64,000 bases of DNA, taken from contig CAJWLU010000003.1 in NCBI GenBank assembly GCA_913043225.1, positions 160,001 to 224,000 on the forward strand. The letters are read 5' to 3'. This DNA is from an uncultured Acidobacteriota bacterium. GTDB lineage: Bacteria > Acidobacteriota > Vicinamibacteria > Vicinamibacterales > UBA8438. The position numbers were made by a program, and so were the translations under genes. The notes below the pieces were generated by a model. That model saw only the letters and a list, made by a program, of their open reading frames with translations. It was not told where the DNA came from and ran no database searches. This document shows positions 57,872-64,000 of the stretch, in pieces (the first letter of the stretch is position 1; each line of letters starts with the position of its first letter).

Positions 57872-58864
57872 ATGGCTAAGCGCGCAATCATCACCGGGAT
57901 CACAGGCCAGGACGGGTCCTATCTTGCCGAGCTTCTGCTCGAGAAGGGGTACGAGGTCGTCGGCGTCACTCGTCGGCTGAGTGCGCCCAACCTCCAGCGT
58001 ATTGAGCACCTGCGAGATCGGGTCGAACTGCGGCCCGCCGATCTGCTCGATCAGATGTCGCTGCTAAAGGTCATCGACGAGGTGCGTCCACACGAGTTCT
58101 ACAACTTGGCGGCGATGTCGTTCGTCCCCGCGTCGTGGGACCAGCCCATGTTGACCGGTGAGTTCAACTCGCAGGGTGTGACGCGCGTGCTCGACGCGAT
58201 CCGTCGGGTGGACACCGCGATCCGGTTCTACCAGGCGTCGTCGAGTGAGATGTACGGGAAGGTGCGTGAGACTCCGCAGACCGAAGATACCCCGTTCTAT
58301 CCCCGAAGCCCGTATGGCGTCTCGAAGGTGTTCGCGCACTACATCACCGTGAACTACCGGGAGAGCTATGACCTGTTCGCCGTTTCAGGCATCCTCTTTA
58401 ACCACGAGTCACCCAGGCGTGGGCTTGAGTTCGTGACACGGAAGGTCACCGAGGGGGTGGCCCGTATAAAGCTCGGTCTGACCGATAGTTTGGCGCTCGG
58501 CAACCTTGGCGCTCATCGCGATTGGGGGTTTGCCGGCGACTACGTCCGCGCGATGTGGTTGATGCTTCAGCAGGACGAGCCGGACGACTATGTGGTCGCG
58601 ACCGGGGTGAGCCACTCGGTGCAGGACCTAGTGGAAACGGCGTTCTCGCACGTGGGACTCGACTGGCACGAACATGTCAAAACCGACCCCAGGTTCCTGC
58701 GGCCGGCTGAGGTCGACCATCTGATCGGGGACTCGAGCAAGGCTCGGGCCGCGCTCAACTGGGCGCCGTCAGTGGATTTCACCGGGCTCGTAGCGATGAT
58801 GGTGGACGCCGATCTCGACCGGCTGCGCAACAATTCACCGACCCAACCGGTGTCGCCACCCTAA
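57872..58864 (+). CDS. gmd: GDP-mannose 4,6-dehydratase
   Basis: [44 protein letters not shown]. Confidence 0.96.
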   Translation: MAKRAIITGITGQDGSYLAELLLEKGYEVVGVTRRLSAPNLQRIEHLRDRVELRPADLLDQMSLLKVIDEVRPHEFYNLAAMSFVPASWDQPMLTGEFNSQGVTRVLDAIRRVDTAIRFYQASSSEMYGKVRETPQTEDTPFYPRSPYGVSKVFAHYITVNYRESYDLFAVSGILFNHESPRRGLEFVTRKVTEGVARIKLGLTDSLALGNLGAHRDWGFAGDYVRAMWLMLQQDEPDDYVVATGVSHSVQDLVETAFSHVGLDWHEHVKTDPRFLRPAEVDHLIGDSSKARAALNWAPSVDFTGLVAMMVDADLDRLRNNSPTQPVSPP

Positions 58865-58886
58865 CTCTTTCTCAGGTGAGCTGTTC

Positions 58887-59867
58887 GTGCCTAGGGTGCT
58901 GATTACGACCGTGCCGTTCGGTGAGGTCGACCCGATCTCGCTGCGTGTACTCGAAGACGCCGGTCTCGAGTACTTCCTGAACCCGATCGGCCGCCGCCTG
59001 ACCGACGATGAGCTGGCGTCGCTGGTGCAGGGGTTCGACTGTCTCATCGCCGGCACCGAGCCGATCACCGACCAGGTAATGGCGGCCGAACCGCGACTGC
59101 GGTTGATATCCCGGGTAGGGGTCGGCCTGGACAACGTCGATCTGACTGCGGCTCGGACCCGAGGCGTCGAGGTGTCCTACACGCCAGAGGGGCCCGCCGA
59201 CGCGGTGGCGGAGCTCACTATCGGGCTTTCCCTGTCACTCCTCCGGAGTGTCCATATTGCCAACCGGGCTATCCGTACCGGGGTCTGGAAGCGTATCCAG
59301 GGGCGTCGACTTGAGAAGGTGACGGTCGGGGTCGTCGGGGTGGGCCGGATTGGCACCCGGGTGATCCGTCTGCTCTCGGCGTTCGGTGGCGAGATTCTGG
59401 CCAACGACCTCTCACCGGTCACGCTCGATCAGGCGGTCCGGTGGGTCGACAAGGAGACACTGTTCCGGGAGGCGGACGTCGTGACCCTCCACGTGCCGCT
59501 GACGCGTCACACCCGGAATCTGATTGGCGCTGATGAGCTCGAGGTGATGGGAGCCGAGACGCTGCTAGTCAACACCTGTCGGGGAGGCGTAGTCAACGAG
59601 GCCGCGCTCGCAGACGCGCTTCGTCGCGGTGTTATCGCCGGGGCTGCCGTCGACACCTTTGCCGAGGAGCCGTACCACGGTGAGCTCGTCGAGGTCGAGA
59701 CCTGCCTGATCACGGCGCACATGGGGTCGATGTCGGCTGACTGCCGCCTGGCGATGGAGGTCGGTGCGGCCCGGAATGTCGTGGCGTTTCTCGCCGGCAA
59801 GCCGCTCGACGAGACAGTGCCAGACACTGAGTACGAGATGCGGGCCGCCGACGAGGAGGTCGGCTGA
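58887..59867 (+). CDS. D-2-hydroxyacid dehydrogenase (phosphoglycerate dehydrogenase-like, no ACT domain)
   Basis: SRVGVGLDNVD, GVGRIG, LHVPL, NTCRGG, TAHMGS. Confidence 0.88.
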   Translation: MPRVLITTVPFGEVDPISLRVLEDAGLEYFLNPIGRRLTDDELASLVQGFDCLIAGTEPITDQVMAAEPRLRLISRVGVGLDNVDLTAARTRGVEVSYTPEGPADAVAELTIGLSLSLLRSVHIANRAIRTGVWKRIQGRRLEKVTVGVVGVGRIGTRVIRLLSAFGGEILANDLSPVTLDQAVRWVDKETLFREADVVTLHVPLTRHTRNLIGADELEVMGAETLLVNTCRGGVVNEAALADALRRGVIAGAAVDTFAEEPYHGELVEVETCLITAHMGSMSADCRLAMEVGAARNVVAFLAGKPLDETVPDTEYEMRAADEEVG

Positions 59868-59868
59868 C

Positions 59869-60876
59869 ATGACCTCCGTGGCCCCTTCGTTCTGGCAGGA
59901 CCGGCGGGTACTCGTGACCGGGGCCGGTGGATTCATCGGCAGTCACCTTGTCGAGGCGCTCGTCGCCAGTGGGGCTCGGGTGCGAGCCCTGGTGCGGTAC
60001 ACCTCGCGTGGCGACCTGGGCGCTTTGTCGGAGGTCGAGGCTACGGACCGGGACCGGGTCGATTTGGTGCACGGCGACCTCACCCGGGCCGATATTGTCG
60101 AGGCGGCGTTCGACGGGGTGACCGACGCGTTCCACCTCGGCGCTCTCATTGCGATCCCCTACTCCTACCAGAGCCCGGATGAGGCGGTGGCGGTTAACGT
60201 GGTGGGTACCCTGAACGTGCTCCAGGCGGCGCGCCGCGCCGGAGTGCGGCGGCTGGTCCATACCTCTACCAGCGAGGTGTATGGCACGGCGCTCCGCGTG
60301 CCGATCGATGAGACGCACCCGCTACAGGGGCAGTCTCCCTATTCGGCCAGCAAGATCGGCGCGGACAAGCTGGCGGAAGCGTTTGCGCGGTCGTTCGACC
60401 TACCGGTCGTGACGGTGCGTCCATTCAATACCTTTGGGCCCCGCCAGTCGACCAGGGCGATAATTCCGACCATCATTACCCAGCTGCTCAACGGACCCAG
60501 AGTCCGCCTTGGTAGTCTGCATCCCAGGCGAGACTTCACGTTTGTTACCGACACCGTGGCCGGTTTTCTCCGTGCCGCTGAAGTTGACGAGCTGTCTTGG
60601 CAGGAGATCAACCTCGGTACAGGCCGGGATGTCTCGATCGGCGAGCTACTGGATGCGATCGCTGGCCTGCTCGGCGTGACGCCGGTCGTGGAGACTGAAC
60701 ATGAGCGGGTCCGACCCACGAACAGCGAGGTCGACCGACTCTGCTCTTCGAATCAGCGGGCTCGGGAAGTTCTCGGCTGGCAACCTGAGCTCAGCCTCGA
60801 AGAGGGGCTGCGGCAGACAATCGACTGGGTGCGCGAACACCGGTCCTTCTATCTCACGGAGCGCTACCATCGCTGA
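59869..60876 (+). CDS. NAD-dependent nucleotide-sugar 4,6-dehydratase (LegB-like)
   Basis: VTGAGGFIGSHL, ALIAIPYSY, HTSTSEVYGTA, QSPYSASK, RPFNTFGPRQS. Confidence 0.88.
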   Translation: MTSVAPSFWQDRRVLVTGAGGFIGSHLVEALVASGARVRALVRYTSRGDLGALSEVEATDRDRVDLVHGDLTRADIVEAAFDGVTDAFHLGALIAIPYSYQSPDEAVAVNVVGTLNVLQAARRAGVRRLVHTSTSEVYGTALRVPIDETHPLQGQSPYSASKIGADKLAEAFARSFDLPVVTVRPFNTFGPRQSTRAIIPTIITQLLNGPRVRLGSLHPRRDFTFVTDTVAGFLRAAEVDELSWQEINLGTGRDVSIGELLDAIAGLLGVTPVVETEHERVRPTNSEVDRLCSSNQRAREVLGWQPELSLEEGLRQTIDWVREHRSFYLTERYHR

Positions 60877-60904
60877 TCAGGGTGCGCCTGGGGTCCGACG
60901 GGCG

Positions 60905-61615
60905 GTGGTTCTGGCCGGCGGTCGGGGCACCCGGCTTTCGCCGCTAACCGTGGCTTTCCCCAAGCCGTTGGTGCCGATCGGCGACGTCCCGATTCTCGAC
61001 ATCCTGGTGCGACAGCTGGAGGCCGCCGGCGTCGAGCGGATCACGATGGCCGTGGGTCACCTGGCCGAGTTGATCATGGCCTACTTCAGCGGGGGGAATC
61101 GCGGGGTCTCGATCGACTACTCACGCGAAGACCAACCGCTTGGTACGGCCGGTCCGCTGACGCTCGTGCCCGATCTGGACGAGCGGTTCCTGGTGATGAA
61201 CGGCGACGTGCTCTGTTCGATCGATTACAACGATATGGTCCGGCGGCATGTCGAGTCCGGCGCCTGCGCGACTGTGGCGGCCTACACCAAGCAGGTGCAA
61301 AGCGATCTCGGGGTGCTGGAAGTCGACGAGCGAGGTCAGCTGCTGGCCTATCACGAGAAGCCGACCCAGACCGTCACGGTCAGCATGGGTATCTACGTGC
61401 TCGAACCCGAGGTGCTCGAACTGCTTGTACCCGGTGAGCGCTGTGACCTACCAGACCTGGTGTCCCGTATCCTCTCGGCCCGCAAGCCCTTGTACGTCTA
61501 CCCGTTCGACGGGTACTGGCTGGACATCGGCCGGCCGGAGGATTACGCCCGGGCGGTCGCGGAGTTCGACGAACTGAGGCCCCATCTGCTTCCCGGTCGC
61601 GGGGAAACGACCTAA
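60905..61615 (+). CDS. Sugar-1-phosphate nucleotidyltransferase (start uncertain)
   Basis: VLAGGRGTRL, PKPLVPIG, PLGTAGPL, MNGD, YWLDIGRPEDY. Confidence 0.85.
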   Translation: MVLAGGRGTRLSPLTVAFPKPLVPIGDVPILDILVRQLEAAGVERITMAVGHLAELIMAYFSGGNRGVSIDYSREDQPLGTAGPLTLVPDLDERFLVMNGDVLCSIDYNDMVRRHVESGACATVAAYTKQVQSDLGVLEVDERGQLLAYHEKPTQTVTVSMGIYVLEPEVLELLVPGERCDLPDLVSRILSARKPLYVYPFDGYWLDIGRPEDYARAVAEFDELRPHLLPGRGETT

Positions 61616-61676
61616 ACTCAATCCTTGCCAACGAAATTCAGCTAGGTGAGGGCGGGGCGGCGTCCTGCCGTCCGGC

Positions 61677-61704
61677 TTGACTGTTTCTCTGTCTAGCCTA
61701 TACT
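61677..61704 (+). promoter_or_regulatory. Sigma70-like promoter of the second polysaccharide block
   Basis: TTGACT-16-TATACT, preceded by a GC hairpin and followed by an AT-rich tract. Confidence 0.5.
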
Positions 61705-61765
61705 GTTCAGGTTCACTCCGTGAACGCTATCGTCGTAAGTATACATTTTATAATACGTTGCAGTT

Positions 61766-62470
61766 GTGATTGACGGGGACGGAGTCCCTCCGGTGGGGTC
61801 GCACGACCACCACACCTTGCGCCTGTTGTCTCGCATTGAGACTGGACAGCTGGTGACTCAGCGATCCTTGTCCAAGGACCTGGGCATTGCGCTGGGGCTC
61901 ACCAACCTGCTGATTCGCCGGGTAGCGAAGAAGGGGTGGGTGAAGGTCGTCAACATTCGACCAAATCGCGTGAGGTATCTCATCACCCCCGCCGGGATGA
62001 TCGAGAAGAGCCGGATCACGCGAGAGTATCTCGACAATACCGTGCGTCTCTACACCGAGACGCGCGAGCGGATCCGGGCCAGCCTGCAGGTCATCTCTCA
62101 CGAGTGGTCGGATGCCGACTGCGCGGCAGCCGGGGTGGGAGACCGCAAGCCGGTCGTGTTCTACGGGGCAGGCGAGGTGGCCGAGATCGGCTATGTCAGC
62201 ATGCAGGGGACCGACTTGCGGCTGACCGGTGTGGTCGACGATCACCGCACCGGGACCTTCTTCGACCTTCCGATCGACGAGCCGGCCGCGTTGCGGGCTG
62301 CGACCCTCAACGGCCGGTCGTTCGGACGGCTGGTCGTCATGACGTTTAAGCAGGCGCCACAGATCCGCCTGCAACTGGAAGGGCTTGGATTCCCGATCGA
62401 GCGGGTGTGCTGGCTCCACCCGACCGCCGGACGTGACGGGACGCTGCCGTTGCCTAGGAGCACATTGTGA
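61766..62470 (+). CDS. EPS-associated MarR-type winged-helix regulator with C-terminal Rossmann-like domain
   Basis: TQRSLSKDLGIALGLTNLLI, RYLITPAGMIEK, FYGAGEVAEI. Confidence 0.85.
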   Translation: MIDGDGVPPVGSHDHHTLRLLSRIETGQLVTQRSLSKDLGIALGLTNLLIRRVAKKGWVKVVNIRPNRVRYLITPAGMIEKSRITREYLDNTVRLYTETRERIRASLQVISHEWSDADCAAAGVGDRKPVVFYGAGEVAEIGYVSMQGTDLRLTGVVDDHRTGTFFDLPIDEPAALRAATLNGRSFGRLVVMTFKQAPQIRLQLEGLGFPIERVCWLHPTAGRDGTLPLPRSTL

Positions 62471-63594
62471 TGAGTGAGGACACCGCAACTCCATTCCCGA
62501 CCCTGCAGTACTGTCTCCGGTGCTGTCTTCCGGAGACATCGGAGGGACTCGAGTTCGACGAGCTCGGCATTTGCAAGGCCTGCCGCAGCTCCGAGATGAA
62601 GATGCACATCGACTGGGTGGCCCGTGAGGTCGAGCTCAGGAAGCTCCTCGACCACGCACGCGAGGAGGCCGGAACAAACTACGACTGTCTGGTGCCGATC
62701 AGCGGCGGCAAAGATAGCTGCTTCCAGCTGCACGTGCTCTGCAAGGTCTACGGGATAAAGCCGCTGACCACCACGTTCAGTCACACTTGGTGGACCGAAA
62801 CCGGCTGGTGGAATTTGCAGAACTGCCTCCAGCAGTTCGATGTGGATCACGTCATGTTCACGCCGAACCGCAAGTTGGTGAACAATCTCGCGCGGCAGTC
62901 CCTTCCGCAGATCGGGGACTCCTGCTGGCATTGCCATGCCGGCGTTGGGGCTTGGCCGCTCCAGACGGCTCGGATGTTCAAGATCCCGCTCATCATCTGG
63001 GGCGAATCAGCCGCGGAGTTCGGCAGCAAAGCCACCTACGAGGACCAGATCGAGTTCGATGAGGAGTACTACCTCAAGGTCTCGACCAAGGTGCATCCGG
63101 ACAAGATGGTCAGCGACCAGGTGAGTCGGCGCGATCTTCGCCCGTTCCAGCTTCCGACTCGCGAGGAACTCCAGGCCGAAGGTGTGCATGGGATCCACTT
63201 GGGAGACTATCTCTTCTGGGATGGCGAGCGGCAGGTCGACTTCATCAAGCGCGAGTACGGCTGGCGCGAAGACCACGTTGAAGGGACCTACAAGCGTTAC
63301 AAGAGCGTCGAGTGTCGCATGGCCGGTGTCCACGACTACGCCAAGTGGGTCAAGCGCGGTTTCGGCCGGGCGACCGACCACGTCAGCGTCGATGTCCGGA
63401 ACGGCCTAATGAGCCGCGAGGAGGGGTTGGCGCTGGCGAAGCAGATCGATGCGGAGCGGCCTGGCGAGCTCGACTACTACCTCGGTATCACGGGCTATAC
63501 CGAGGAGGAGTTCCTCGAGATTCTCGAGAGCCAGCGCCGGGGGGTGGCCGCCAGCCTGCCCAAGGTGCCGCGGCCGAAGACGGTGAAAGCGTGA
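62470..63594 (+). CDS. N-acetyl-sugar amidotransferase (WbpG/PseA-like PP-loop)
   Basis: YCLRC...GICKAC, YDCLVPISGGKDS, CWHCH, HDYAKWVKRGFGR. Confidence 0.9.
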   Translation: MSEDTATPFPTLQYCLRCCLPETSEGLEFDELGICKACRSSEMKMHIDWVAREVELRKLLDHAREEAGTNYDCLVPISGGKDSCFQLHVLCKVYGIKPLTTTFSHTWWTETGWWNLQNCLQQFDVDHVMFTPNRKLVNNLARQSLPQIGDSCWHCHAGVGAWPLQTARMFKIPLIIWGESAAEFGSKATYEDQIEFDEEYYLKVSTKVHPDKMVSDQVSRRDLRPFQLPTREELQAEGVHGIHLGDYLFWDGERQVDFIKREYGWREDHVEGTYKRYKSVECRMAGVHDYAKWVKRGFGRATDHVSVDVRNGLMSREEGLALAKQIDAERPGELDYYLGITGYTEEEFLEILESQRRGVAASLPKVPRPKTVKA

Positions 63595-64000
63595 CCGCGC
63601 CACGCCCGTCCGAATTGACCGCCAGTCAGAGCGTACGCGCCATGCGCGCGGGCGATCTCACTCCGACCGCGCTGCTTGAGGACTGCATCGCCCGCGTCGA
63701 CGAGATCGAGGCGTCAGTCTCCGCCTGGGCGCGGTTCGAGCCCGAGGCAGCCCGCCGCGACGCGGCACGCCTGGATGAGGAACTAGCCGCGGGTACCCAC
63801 ACCGGGCGATTGCCCGGCATCCCGGTTGGGGTGAAGGATGTCTTCAACACGGCGGACCTGGGCACCGAGATGGGGAGCCCGATCTGGCGCGGCTTTACGC
63901 CAGGCAACGACGCCCGGGTCGTGGCCCATCTGCGGTGGCAGGGCGCCGTTGTGCCAGGCAAGACAGTCACTGCCGAATTTGCGGTCCACCACCCCGGACC
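63591..64000 (+). CDS. Amidase-signature (GatA-like) protein, 3'-truncated by the window edge; absent from the ORF track
   Basis: GTGA overlap; translates MTAPRPSELTASQSV...GRLPGIPVGVKDVFNT...GKTVTAEFA. Confidence 0.85.
   Translation, partial: MTAPRPSELTASQSVRAMRAGDLTPTALLEDCIARVDEIEASVSAWARFEPEAARRDAARLDEELAAGTHTGRLPGIPVGVKDVFNTADLGTEMGSPIWRGFTPGNDARVVAHLRWQGAVVPGKTVTAEFAVHHPG

Overview
GC-rich bacterial chromosomal segment. Gene content and order (tpiA-secG-tRNA-Leu, holB-ricT-pdxA-smpB, a lipid A/heptose core operon ending in an ICMT-family gene) suggest a diderm bacterium, most like Acidobacteriota/Vicinamibacteria (inference). 1-27 kb: mixed metabolism, including a CPA2 antiporter, acyl-CoA dehydrogenases, an M16 peptidase pair, amidase, NamZ, an orphan Dam-type methylase, an itaconate/methylsuccinate-type CoA catabolic cluster, an atypical CX7CX2C HemN-like radical SAM enzyme, an M1 peptidase and three decayed genes. 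About 27.2-37.5 kb, directly downstream of tRNA-Leu(GAG): a metal-starvation island marked by three copies of a Fur-family palindrome. It encodes a heme-type TonB-dependent receptor, an exported tandem CbiX-like chelatase, a beta-propeller protein, a JmjC oxygenase, DUF4920, flavodoxin followed by a zinc-ribbon-less ribosomal protein S4, and a 68-aa Tat/lipobox precursor whose predicted mature part is only CPSSGGDGTDSDSDSQ. This island is the best candidate for a new system: a ribosomally made Asp-rich lipopeptide metallophore plus possible iron-sparing replacement of S4. 37.7-56 kb: housekeeping genes (glycolysis, LPS core, tRNA-Val/Asp, holB, pdxA, smpB, rfbD, carbonic anhydrase). 56-64 kb: surface polysaccharide genes, truncated at the window end. 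All calls are from reading motifs by eye; no database searches were run.
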